Shown: one piece after another, positions 29,789 to 38,558 of the stretch | Layout: each line of letters starts with the position of its first letter | Position numbering within the stretch: position 1 is the first letter of the stretch | Assembly: GCA_040397175.1 (NCBI GenBank) | Contig: JBBAWM010000003.1 | Location: 32,001-96,000, forward strand | Direction of reading: 5' to 3' | DNA length: 64,000 bases | Source of the DNA: Candidatus Limnocylindrus sp. | Lineage (GTDB): Bacteria > Chloroflexota > Limnocylindria > Limnocylindrales > Limnocylindraceae | Notes under the pieces: generated by a model | The model's database searches: none | What the model saw: only the letters and a program-made list of their open reading frames with translations | What the model was told of the DNA's origin: nothing | Position numbers and translations under genes: made by a program

Positions 29789-30774
29789 AGCGTGATGCCG
29801 TTCGCATCGAAGAGGCCCTCGTAGAGCGCGGTGCTCAGGTAGCGCTCGCCCGAATCTGGCAGCACCACCACGATGGTCTTCCCCGCGTTCTCCGGCAGGT
29901 GTGCCAACTTCAGCGCAACATGCGCTGCTGCACCGCATGAGATACCAACGAGAATCCCCTCTTCGCGAGCAATGCGACGCGCCATCGCGATCGCCTCCTC
30001 GTTCGTTACCAACTCCACCTGATCGATTAGCGTGAGGTCAAGAATGTCTGGCACGAAGCCGGCGCCGATCCCCTGGATCTTGTGCGGGGCCGGCTGATTC
30101 GGCTCGCCTGCGAGTCGTTGGGTAATGACCGGACTTGCCGCAGGCTCCACTGCTACAACACGCACCGAAGCGCCACGTCCCTTCTTGAAGTGACGTGCAA
30201 CGCCGGTGATCGTTCCACCGGTGCCGACGCCCGAAACAAAGATGTCGACCTTTCCTGCGGTGTCTTCCCAGATCTCTGGGCCTGTGGTGGACTCGTGAAT
30301 CGCTGGTCCCGCCTCGTTCTTGAACTGCTGCAGCAACACGTACCGCGCAGGATCCGATGCGGCGATCTCTTCGGCGCGCGCAATGGCACCCGACATACCC
30401 TTCGCACCTTCGGTGAGCACCAGTGTGGCGCCGTAAGCAACGATGAGCTTGCGTCGCTCGATGCTGACGGTGTCGGGCATGGTCAGCGTGACCTTGTAGC
30501 CGCGCGCGGCGCCCACCATCGCAAGTGCGATGCCAGTGTTGCCGCTTGTTGGCTCAACGATCTCCATTCCTGGCTTCAGCGCGCCGCGCTTCTCGGCGTC
30601 GAGCACCATGGCGGTGCCGAGGCGGCACTTTACGGAGTATGCGGGGTTGCGCCCTTCGATCTTGGCCAGCACGGTGGCGGCGGCGCCATCAGTCACGCGA
30701 TTCAATCGCACGAGTGGAGTTCGGCCAATAGTGAGAGCGTTGTCGGTAAAGATCTCTGGATTCTGAACAGTCAT
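29785..30774 (-). CDS. cysK: Cysteine synthase A
   Basis: [14 protein letters not shown] (PLP Lys), [29 protein letters not shown]. Confidence 0.96.
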   Translation of the reverse strand: MTVQNPEIFTDNALTIGRTPLVRLNRVTDGAAATVLAKIEGRNPAYSVKCRLGTAMVLDAEKRGALKPGMEIVEPTSGNTGIALAMVGAARGYKVTLTMPDTVSIERRKLIVAYGATLVLTEGAKGMSGAIARAEEIAASDPARYVLLQQFKNEAGPAIHESTTGPEIWEDTAGKVDIFVSGVGTGGTITGVARHFKKGRGASVRVVAVEPAASPVITQRLAGEPNQPAPHKIQGIGAGFVPDILDLTLIDQVELVTNEEAIAMARRIAREEGILVGISCGAAAHVALKLAHLPENAGKTIVVVLPDSGERYLSTALYEGLFDANGITL

Positions 30775-30856
30775 CTTGGGTACCTCAGGCTACGTGGTGG
30801 GGTGGTGGAGTTCATCCGCCGCCCCCTCTGCCGTTTGGTCCCTGGTTGCGTGTGCC

Positions 30857-30949
30857 TCAGCGCGCGCAGGACGGCCCGAAGAAGAGCGACGGGCATCGAC
30901 AGATGCTCGGCTCGCCAGCGGCTTGGGCAATAAGGTCGGCTGCGGTCAT
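30857..30949 (-). CDS. Putative Cys-sensing leader peptide MTAADLIAQAAGEPSICRCPSLFFGPSCAR
   Basis: Manual translation; TACACT-6nt-ATG leaderless start; three Cys codons; ends 82 nt upstream of cysK. Confidence 0.65.
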   Translation of the reverse strand: MTAADLIAQAAGEPSICRCPSLFFGPSCAR

Positions 30950-31003
30950 GGGGGGAGTGTATCGCCTACGCGCGGAGGTCGTTACTGCAACGTCTCGCAA
31001 CCG

Positions 31004-31588
31004 CTAGATGCGGCGCATGACCCCATCAATGAAGCTAAGGAGGCTGCCCTTGCGAAGGGTGGGGGTGGTCCAGAGGCGCCAAAGCGCGGCAACAACCTTC
31101 AGTGCGAGGTAGATCGCAAGTGCCCCGGCCGCTCGCGCCATGACGTCGTGCACGTCAATCCGATAGGGCGGCACTGGGCTCGAGAAGTAGTTCGAGAACG
31201 CCTGGCTGATCTCAAGGCCCACCGCCATGATGCCGATCACGGCAAAGGCCGCCCGCCTGGCGTCTCCGTAGAGCGCAAGGGTTGCCAAAAAGAACGTTGA
31301 TGCGCCCATGCTGACCTGCACCAACAACCACTGCGTTTGCAGAAGAGCAGGATCAAAGTTCACGAATGGAATCAACCGGATCACATCGCTACCGAGCGGC
31401 GCACGCGACCAATCAGAGTTGGGGAATCCAAACGGTGCCCAAACGTAGGCGACGAGAGCGGCAAATGCGATAGTGCTCACCGTCGTTCCGCGGGATCGAT
31501 AGATGCGCTGCGACCGCTGCACGAACAGCACGACGAGGAAGCTAATGAGCCCCCCGATGATCCCCGTCCAGTCCCATTGCGCCAGCAT
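31004..31588 (-). CDS. VanZ-like membrane protein
   Basis: LIPF, GLEISQ, RIDVHDV pattern; polytopic; TAAAAT-6nt-ATG. Confidence 0.6.
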   Translation of the reverse strand: MLAQWDWTGIIGGLISFLVVLFVQRSQRIYRSRGTTVSTIAFAALVAYVWAPFGFPNSDWSRAPLGSDVIRLIPFVNFDPALLQTQWLLVQVSMGASTFFLATLALYGDARRAAFAVIGIMAVGLEISQAFSNYFSSPVPPYRIDVHDVMARAAGALAIYLALKVVAALWRLWTTPTLRKGSLLSFIDGVMRRI

Positions 31589-31653
31589 TAGAGAATTTTA
31601 CTGAATACGGCCGACCTCCGCCAACCCCCCCCCGCAGGCGATACGATGCACGC

Positions 31654-32823
31654 ATGAACACCCGAGAGCGCATGCAGCTCTTTCTTCGCAGCGAGACCGT
31701 AGGTGGCGCGCTGCTGATTGGTGCGGCCCTCATCGGCATCCTCCTGGCCAACAGCCCCCTCTCAGAAGTACTGCGCGCCGTTGCCACGGCGCAGATCGGT
31801 AGCGACGCGCTCCACCTGAACTTGACCGCGCAGGAGTGGGCCGCCAATGGCCTGCTCGCCATCTTCTTCTTTGTCATTGGCTGCGAGCTAAAGCATGAGC
31901 TGGTCGTGGGCACACTCTCAAAGCCACGCCAGGCGGCCCTGCCGGTGGCGGCGGCACTCGGCGGGATGATCGTTCCAGCGCTCCTCTACATCGCAATCAA
32001 TCAGGGCGGTGCCGCCGATGCGCTGGGCGGCTGGGGTATTCCCATGGCCACCGACATCGCCTTCGCCCTCGCCGTGCTCGCAGTGCTCGGTCGCGGACTG
32101 CCAGCTGGCGTTCGCACCTTCCTGCTGACACTGGCAGTGGTCGACGATCTTGGCGCCATCCTTGTAATCGCACTCTTCTACTCCGCAGGACTGCACGCTG
32201 AGTGGCTCGCGGTTGCCGTGGCGCTGTTGGCACTATTCGCGATTGCGCAGCGGCGGCGCATCACGTCACCGCTTATCTACGTACCCCTCGCACTTGGCAC
32301 CTGGTACGCCGTGCACAGTGCTGGGATTCATCCAACGATCGCCGGCGTTGCCCTCGGGCTACTGATGCGCGTCAAGAATGATCGCGGCGAGGCAGAGGCG
32401 CCAATCGATCGCGCGACCGCACGTTTCCATCCGATCAGCGCCGCAATTGCGGTGCCGCTCTTCGCCCTCTTCGCCGCGGCGGTCAATCTTCGCTCCATTG
32501 ACCTCGGTGCGGTAACCGGTTCGCCCATTCTGCTTGGCGTACTTGTTGGCCTTGTCCTCGGTAAGCCAATCGGCATTCTCCTCGCCGCCCGGCTGGCGAC
32601 CGCGCTGGGGGCGAAGCTCTCGGCTGGCATGCGCTGGATCGACATCGCCCTCGTTGGCGCACTTGGAGGGATCGGCTTCACCGTCTCGCTGCTTATTAGT
32701 GAGCTCGCCTTTACCAACGAGGCATCACTTGGTGCTGCCAAGATTGGCGTCTTGATCGCGTCACTCGCCGCAGTTGCCCTCTCTGCTGTCGTTCTCGCCC
32801 TGCGGCGATCACTCGCTCGCTAG
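31654..32823 (+). CDS. nhaA: Na+/H+ antiporter NhaA
   Basis: ELKHE, GGMIVPA, GWGIPMATDIAFA, LAVVDD, GKPIG, GIGFTVSL. Confidence 0.95.
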   Translation: MNTRERMQLFLRSETVGGALLIGAALIGILLANSPLSEVLRAVATAQIGSDALHLNLTAQEWAANGLLAIFFFVIGCELKHELVVGTLSKPRQAALPVAAALGGMIVPALLYIAINQGGAADALGGWGIPMATDIAFALAVLAVLGRGLPAGVRTFLLTLAVVDDLGAILVIALFYSAGLHAEWLAVAVALLALFAIAQRRRITSPLIYVPLALGTWYAVHSAGIHPTIAGVALGLLMRVKNDRGEAEAPIDRATARFHPISAAIAVPLFALFAAAVNLRSIDLGAVTGSPILLGVLVGLVLGKPIGILLAARLATALGAKLSAGMRWIDIALVGALGGIGFTVSLLISELAFTNEASLGAAKIGVLIASLAAVALSAVVLALRRSLAR

Positions 32824-32856
32824 CCCAGCTCGATCGCGCTCGGCTATCCTCGCGCC

Positions 32857-33348
32857 ATGGAAAACACCACGTTGAACCGCACCCTGGAGCACATGGCCTG
32901 GGCGAACACCCAGATGTTCACAGTGCTTGCAGCACTTCCTGTTGATGCGCTCGCCTACACCTCACCCGGCTCCGAATGGAGCGTGGGCGCCATTGCCCAC
33001 CACCTGGTCACCGCCGCCGAAAACTACGCCCAACGACTACATGGCGAGCCACGCGCCGAGAAGCGGGAGCTTCCCACCACCATCGCCGATCTCGCAGTCT
33101 TTGCTGCCGCCGCCAAGGTTGCCGACGCCAAGCTTCGTGCAGGCGCGCAGCTCCCGGGCGACGAGATCCTCACCTGGATCTCGTTTAGCGGCGAAGAGCT
33201 CTCGGTACCGCGCTGGGTGTTGGTGAACCAGGCCGTGCACCACGCCACCGAGCACCGCGCCCAGATCGCCGGTGCCCTCGCCGCGAACGGCAACACCACG
33301 CTTGATCTAGACGCGCTCGACGTCTGGACGTATAACGACGCCTTCTAG
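32857..33348 (+). CDS. DinB family protein
   Basis: HMAWAN, HLVTA, HATEHRAQI. Confidence 0.85.
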   Translation: MENTTLNRTLEHMAWANTQMFTVLAALPVDALAYTSPGSEWSVGAIAHHLVTAAENYAQRLHGEPRAEKRELPTTIADLAVFAAAAKVADAKLRAGAQLPGDEILTWISFSGEELSVPRWVLVNQAVHHATEHRAQIAGALAANGNTTLDLDALDVWTYNDAF

Positions 33349-33383
33349 ACCGCTCGCGAAGCGCCGGAGCTAGCCTCCGCCTC

Positions 33384-34574
33384 TTACGCGTTCTGGTCGT
33401 GCGATAGAAAGAGCAGCCCCGTTGCTGGCTTTGGCGAGAAGTGCGTCGCCTTCTGGGGCATCACCTGTTGTGCGAGTGCCATCGATGTCACAAGTTCCGC
33501 TCGCTCTGGCGGAAGGAGCAGAGTGATTACTCCTTTGGTGCGTGATGCTTCAACTGCGTCAGTTACTCGTCGCTCGTAGCGCAGCACGCCTGCGGCAATA
33601 TCCGCCTTTGTGATTCCAAGGAGAGATCGAAGTAGATCCTCCACCCGCTGCGTGATCGGCTGCGCCTGTTGGCTTGGCGCCAGCGTGATAAGGTGCGCCA
33701 CTCCATTGGCGCAGAGCGCAAACTCCGCTCGCTCGCCGCGGTGCGCTTCGGAGAATTGCTCTGCCGCATCAGCCAGGTCAGCTGCCTGAACAGTGACTAC
33801 GTCGCTGCTCGCGCGAAGGGCGGTTAGGAATCGCTCGCTCTCGTACCCGCGCAGGATTCGGTGAGTGGCGTGCAGCGTTGGGCCAGCACCATCGGCCTCA
33901 ACGATGAGGCCCATCGTGGCCGCAGGGCCGTCGTGGCGCTCGGCATATTCGCGCGCTGCTTCATAGCGGTGATGCCCGTCGGCAATGATCAGCGGGGCGC
34001 CAGATGCCCAGTCCAGCAAGGCGCGACCTGCATCGCTCTCTGGCGCTACGTGCCAGAGCTGAATACGCGTGCCATCGGGTGCCGTTGTGCGCGTTACTGG
34101 TTGACCCGCTGCAACCTGCGCAAACGCGGTGCTAAATGTGGTCGCGCCCCCCGCGCGCAGCAGCAGGATCGGCGACAGGTTCGCGCGCGTTGCCGCGAGC
34201 AGTGCCAGCCGGCCTGCGCGTGGTGCATCGAGGGTGCGCTCGTGCCCATACACGCCAGTCGCTGGTCCGTATGCGCCAACTGGCACCGCGGCGAAGATGC
34301 CGCGCATAGTGACGCCGCTCTCGCTGACCCCTTCGTACAGGTAGATCGCAGGCTCGGCTTCGTCGATCAGCACGCCGCTTTTGCGCCAGTCTTGCCAGAG
34401 TGCCGCGGACTCTTCGGGGGAGTTTGAGGCGTCGAGCGCTGCCGAGTTGAGCGGCTCGCTCGCGCGCAAGCGTTGAATGACCTCTGCCTCTGCCGCGTCA
34501 TACGGCGGACTCAGGAGCGCATCAATCTGCTCGCGCGCGTAGCGCGTCGCCCGGAAGGGTCGTACGTTCGCCAT
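33384..34574 (-). CDS. DUF1015 family protein (ParB/Srx-like fold)
   Basis: VRPFRA, SPPYD, HERT, IADGHHRY, MPQKATHFSPKPATGL. Confidence 0.85.
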   Translation of the reverse strand: MANVRPFRATRYAREQIDALLSPPYDAAEAEVIQRLRASEPLNSAALDASNSPEESAALWQDWRKSGVLIDEAEPAIYLYEGVSESGVTMRGIFAAVPVGAYGPATGVYGHERTLDAPRAGRLALLAATRANLSPILLLRAGGATTFSTAFAQVAAGQPVTRTTAPDGTRIQLWHVAPESDAGRALLDWASGAPLIIADGHHRYEAAREYAERHDGPAATMGLIVEADGAGPTLHATHRILRGYESERFLTALRASSDVVTVQAADLADAAEQFSEAHRGERAEFALCANGVAHLITLAPSQQAQPITQRVEDLLRSLLGITKADIAAGVLRYERRVTDAVEASRTKGVITLLLPPERAELVTSMALAQQVMPQKATHFSPKPATGLLFLSHDQNA

Positions 34575-34594
34575 GAGCGTCTAACGCCGCTGCG

Positions 34595-35959
34595 TTACGG
34601 CTTTGGCAGGTCGTTGAGCGCAGCCTCGATCTTGCTCTGCTCAAGGCTCAAGTCCTCGAGCTTGCCAGCGAGGTAGTTCTCATACGCCGCCAGGTCGAGA
34701 AAGCCGTGCCCGCAATTGTTGAAGACAATCACGGTCTCCTTCCCCTCGACCTTGGCGATCAGCGCCTCACGAACCGCCGCCGCAATGGCGTGGTTCGCCT
34801 CTGGCGCTGGCAGGATCCCCTCTGCGCGGGTGAACTCCACGCCACGCTCGAAGGTTTCGCGTTGCGGAATGGCGACCGCCTCGATGGCGCCCTTCTCCTT
34901 TAGGAGAGAGACCAGCGGGGCCATGCCGTGATAGCGCAACCCACCGGCGTGGATTGGATCTGGCATGAAGGCCGAACCAAGCGTGTGCATCTTCACCATT
35001 GGAGCCATATGCGCCGTGTCGCCGTAGTCATACGCATAGATGCCGCGGGTCAGCGATGGTGCCGCCGTCGGCTCCGCCGCAATCACGCGCACTTTGCGGC
35101 CGCCGCGGAAGGCGGCGCCCAAGAACGGGAAGGTGAACCCGGCAAAGTTCGAACCGCCGCCGGTGCAGCCGACCAAGATGTCGGGCTCAACGTCCGCCAT
35201 CTCCAGCTGCAGCTGCGTCTCCTGCCCGATCACCGTCTGGTGCAGCAGCACGTGATTGAGCACCGAACCGAGTGCGTACTTGGTGTCGTCGCGCGTGGCA
35301 GCATCTTCGACCGCCTCGCTAATCGCCATGCCAAGTGAACCGGTCGTGTGTGGGTCAGAAGCGAGCACCGAGCGACCGTAGTTCGTGTCGGGGCTTGGAC
35401 TTGCAACCACCTTCGCGCCGTACGTCTCCATAAGGATGCGGCGATACGGCTTCGCGTCGTAGCTCCCTCGCACCTGGTAGACCTTGATCTCCAGGCCGAA
35501 CATTGCTCCTGCGAACGCGAGTGACGTGCCCCACTGGCCTGCGCCTGTCTCGGTTGCTAGTCGCTTCACACCCTCTTGCGCGTTGTAGAACGCCTGCGCA
35601 ATGGCGGTATTCGGCTTGTGGCTGCCCGCTGGGCTTACACCCTCGTACTTGTAGAAGATCTTCGCTGGCGTGCCCAGCAGCTTCTCGAGTCGATGCGCGC
35701 GATAGAGCGGGCTCGGTCGGTAGAGGCGGTACGCGTCGCGCACCGGCTCTGGAATCTCAATCTCTCGTTCCGTCGAAACCTCTTGACCAATGAGTGCCAT
35801 TGGAAAGAGTGGGGCGAGATCATCGGGGCCGAGGGGCTGGCCGGTCTGAGGATTCAGCGCCGGCGATTGTGGCCACGGAAGATCCGCCGCGATGTTGTAC
35901 CAGGCCTTAGGCATCCGATTTTCGTCGAGCACGAATTTCGTCTGCTTTGGGTCGGCCAC
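34595..35959 (-). CDS. trpB2: TrpB2-type tryptophan synthase beta
   Basis: WYNI, KYEGVSPAGSHKPN, TETGAGQWG, GSVLNHV, GGGSN, HAGGLRYHG, GHG. GTG start 35959 with GGAGG RBS. Confidence 0.93.
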   Translation of the reverse strand: MADPKQTKFVLDENRMPKAWYNIAADLPWPQSPALNPQTGQPLGPDDLAPLFPMALIGQEVSTEREIEIPEPVRDAYRLYRPSPLYRAHRLEKLLGTPAKIFYKYEGVSPAGSHKPNTAIAQAFYNAQEGVKRLATETGAGQWGTSLAFAGAMFGLEIKVYQVRGSYDAKPYRRILMETYGAKVVASPSPDTNYGRSVLASDPHTTGSLGMAISEAVEDAATRDDTKYALGSVLNHVLLHQTVIGQETQLQLEMADVEPDILVGCTGGGSNFAGFTFPFLGAAFRGGRKVRVIAAEPTAAPSLTRGIYAYDYGDTAHMAPMVKMHTLGSAFMPDPIHAGGLRYHGMAPLVSLLKEKGAIEAVAIPQRETFERGVEFTRAEGILPAPEANHAIAAAVREALIAKVEGKETVIVFNNCGHGFLDLAAYENYLAGKLEDLSLEQSKIEAALNDLPKP

Positions 35960-36094
35960 GATACACCTCCGTATTAATGACAGCGCCTCAGGGGAAGCCC
36001 CCCAATGATCATCTGACTCGACGGAGTATACGAGAGCCGAGCACGGCGCTTCAGGAGCAACGCATTTACGTTGGCGCGGTAGTATTTCGCCGTC

Positions 36095-36649
36095 ATGACA
36101 ACACTTCACAACCGAACTGCAACTGCGCTCCTGATCATCGACGTGCAGGTTGGCGTGGTTGGCGCCGCCCACCAGCGCGACGCCGTGATCGCCAACATCC
36201 AAACGCTCCTCGCCGCCGCCCGTGCCGCCGGCACGCCCGTAATCTGGGTGGCGCACTCCGAAGAGCAGATGCCCATCGGCAGCGACGCCTGGCAGTACGT
36301 ACCCGAGCTCGTGCGACTTGAGAACGAACCGCTCGTGCACAAACTCTACGGCGACTCATTCGAGGCGACTGACCTGGAGGCGGACCTTGCCGCAGCAAAT
36401 GTGGCGCACCTGGTGGTGGTCGGCGCACAGACCGACGCCTGCATTCGCTCAACGATTCACGGCGCGTTCACGCGCGGCTACGACGTGACGCTGGTCAGCG
36501 ACGCCCACACCACAGAGGACATGACCGAGTGGGGTGCGCCGCCTCCTGACGTGATCGTCAAGCACACCAACATGTACTGGGGCTTCCAGTCGGCGCCCGG
36601 GCGAACGGCGAAGGTTGTGACTACCGCCGAGGTGGCGTTCTCCGCCTAG
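36095..36649 (+). CDS. Isochorismatase-family cysteine hydrolase
   Basis: LLIIDVQ, K..GDSF, GAQTDACI, DAHTT. Confidence 0.9.
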   Translation: MTTLHNRTATALLIIDVQVGVVGAAHQRDAVIANIQTLLAAARAAGTPVIWVAHSEEQMPIGSDAWQYVPELVRLENEPLVHKLYGDSFEATDLEADLAAANVAHLVVVGAQTDACIRSTIHGAFTRGYDVTLVSDAHTTEDMTEWGAPPPDVIVKHTNMYWGFQSAPGRTAKVVTTAEVAFSA

Positions 36650-36653
36650 CTCG

Positions 36654-37130
36654 TTACCCCTTGCGCTCGCGCGCCGTCTCGGTTTTTGGCGTCACCGGCT
36701 TCATCCCGACCGCACCGCCGAGCCCAAAACCTGCGGGCATATCGGCATAGAGCGTCTCAACCTCACCGGGTCGAACAATGTAGGTCTCGTGAAAGATGCC
36801 CACGGCGCCAGTGCCGCTGGTTGCACGCTTGTAGAAGGCGGTCCATGCCGGTCGGTGCTTTCGATCGCTCATCGACGCATAGGCCTCCAGCGCCTCGAAT
36901 GACTTCCAGTACTGGATCACCGTAATCGTGCGACCCGCTATTTCGGTGCGGGCGCTCAAGAAGCCGAGCTCGGGGTTCTTGTACAGCTCTGCAATCATGG
37001 TTGGCATCGCGAGAAAAGCAGGGAACCACTCCCACACGCGCCAGAGCGTGTTGATGCGCATGCCGATCAGGAAGAGCACGAGTGGCTCCTTGACGTCGGC
37101 CATCGTGCGAGTTGGAAGGTGCTTTGCCAC
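36654..37130 (-). CDS. DUF4188 family (monooxygenase-like) protein
   Basis: VLFLIGMRIN, QYWKSFEAL, HRPAW, GIFHETY; GTG start with AGGAG RBS. Confidence 0.85.
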   Translation of the reverse strand: MAKHLPTRTMADVKEPLVLFLIGMRINTLWRVWEWFPAFLAMPTMIAELYKNPELGFLSARTEIAGRTITVIQYWKSFEALEAYASMSDRKHRPAWTAFYKRATSGTGAVGIFHETYIVRPGEVETLYADMPAGFGLGGAVGMKPVTPKTETARERKG

Positions 37131-37298
37131 GTGTACTCCTCTTTCTGTGTCACAAGTGCAATTACTCGCCAGATGACGACATTGGCTCTCGCGCAGCGTA
37201 GATGAATGGAATCGTCGCATGGATCAGCACCAGCGAAGCCGAGTGGTAGGGTTCGGCCGAGGGCCCACATGGACGCCCATCACCCATTAGGAGTACAC

Positions 37299-37574
37299 AT
37301 GTCGACATTCATCGTCGTTTGTAGTTTCAAGCCCGACACAACGGAAGAGGCAACTCGGGCGCTCGTGCCTGCGGAGCAAGCCGCAGCCAGCGCCCTCCAA
37401 GCGGCTGGCCGACTTGGAGCAATTCACATCGCCCCACCGCCACGGCGCAAGGTGTTCATTGAGGTCATTGCGAACGATCTTGCCGCGGCAGAGCAGACCG
37501 TTCATGAGCTGCCCATGGCAACGCTGTGGGACCTCGATACCTACCCGGTTGTCGCGCCGCCTCCAACGGCGTAG
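37299..37574 (+). CDS. Small ferredoxin-fold protein, muconolactone-isomerase-like
   Basis: PAEQ...L...G.L, LPM..W...YP pattern; AGGAG RBS. Confidence 0.55.
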   Translation: MSTFIVVCSFKPDTTEEATRALVPAEQAAASALQAAGRLGAIHIAPPPRRKVFIEVIANDLAAAEQTVHELPMATLWDLDTYPVVAPPPTA

Positions 37575-37632
37575 GTCTCGCGGGGGGGGCATGCCGCGAA
37601 CGGATGCTAGCCTCCCACTCAAAGGAGGAGGC

Positions 37633-38364
37633 ATGGTGGAAGAGTCGTTAAAGCACGAGGCACGCGAGGCGGCGCTCGCTCGCTTGCGCACCGTTGCGCG
37701 CCCAGACCATCGCCACCACTGGGACCTCGCGGAATTCATTGCCGACTTCGAAGGGAGCGCCGATGCAACCGTGCGACTCCTTGCCCTCGACGCGTATCGC
37801 TCTGCGCGTGTGGTGTTCGTGACGCCAGACAATGGCTTGCGTCGACTGCGTGAACAGGTGCTCCATGACGGAAAGCGGCTTCTTGTCAGTACCTGCGGCA
37901 TTGGACGCGGATTTCTTGGCGTTGATGGTGCCGCCCTCACACGTGAACAGGCGGTACTTGCGAGCACCATGGAAGGGATCGACGAGCTCGCGCACGCCGT
38001 CACCCTCGCCGAAGTTGCACGGGAATGGCAGCCAACGCTCTTGATCACCGGCGCACTGGCCGTAACGCGTGATGGGCTGAGACTCGGTAAGGGGCGGGGC
38101 TACTTCGACCTTGAGTGGGCGCTGCTCTGCACGGCAGGCGCAGTGCAACGAGATGCAACGGTGATCACCCTCGTGCACGATGTCCAGGTAACCGAAGAGA
38201 CGTTGCCGACTGCGGAGCACGATGTGATCTCTGACTGGATCGTCACGCCGTCAGCCGCAATCGCCACTGGTCGAACGGGGATGCGCAGCGGTGCGATTGA
38301 GTGGGACCGCTTAAGTGCCGAGAAGATCGCCGCGACGCCGCCGCTCCAAGAACTCTCGCGCTAG
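37633..38364 (+). CDS. 5-formyltetrahydrofolate cyclo-ligase family protein
   Basis: FVTPDN, GLRLGKGRGYFDLEW, VHDVQV, HDVISDWIVTP; AGGAGG RBS. Confidence 0.85.
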   Translation: MVEESLKHEAREAALARLRTVARPDHRHHWDLAEFIADFEGSADATVRLLALDAYRSARVVFVTPDNGLRRLREQVLHDGKRLLVSTCGIGRGFLGVDGAALTREQAVLASTMEGIDELAHAVTLAEVAREWQPTLLITGALAVTRDGLRLGKGRGYFDLEWALLCTAGAVQRDATVITLVHDVQVTEETLPTAEHDVISDWIVTPSAAIATGRTGMRSGAIEWDRLSAEKIAATPPLQELSR

Positions 38365-38479
38365 TCTCGCCGCTCGGCAATGATGGGGCCGTCTACGCCG
38401 ACCTTGTGGCAGCCGGCGCACCTAAGGGTCCGTAGGGAGCACACTTAGCGGTCTCGCTCCGCTACAATCCCCCTCCGGC

Positions 38480-38554
38480 GCCGATGTAGCTCAGTGGTAG
38501 AGCAGCTGTTTCGTAAACAGCAGGTCGTGAGTTCAATCCTCACCATCGGCTCCA
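38480..38554 (+). tRNA. tRNA-Thr (CGT)
   Basis: Cloverleaf: acceptor GCCGATG/CATCGGC, anticodon loop TT-CGT-AA, GTTCAATC, encoded CCA; TACAAT upstream. Confidence 0.96.
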
Positions 38555-38558
38555 GCCC

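Noticed and set aside
31625-31633. C9 tract in the nhaA promoter spacer (also G8 at 37582-37589) as a phase-variation switch
   Set aside because: Runs of this length can arise by chance at this GC content; there is no read evidence of length variation.
35960-36030. Trp attenuator or T-box upstream of trpB2
   Set aside because: The UTR is about 60 nt; the only uORF (MIIGGLPLRRCH) has no Trp codon; there is no T-box sequence or terminator.
38365-38470. Possible ncRNA (tmRNA-like GGGGCC start) before tRNA-Thr
   Set aside because: Too short, no tRNA-like domain, and explained as the tRNA promoter region.
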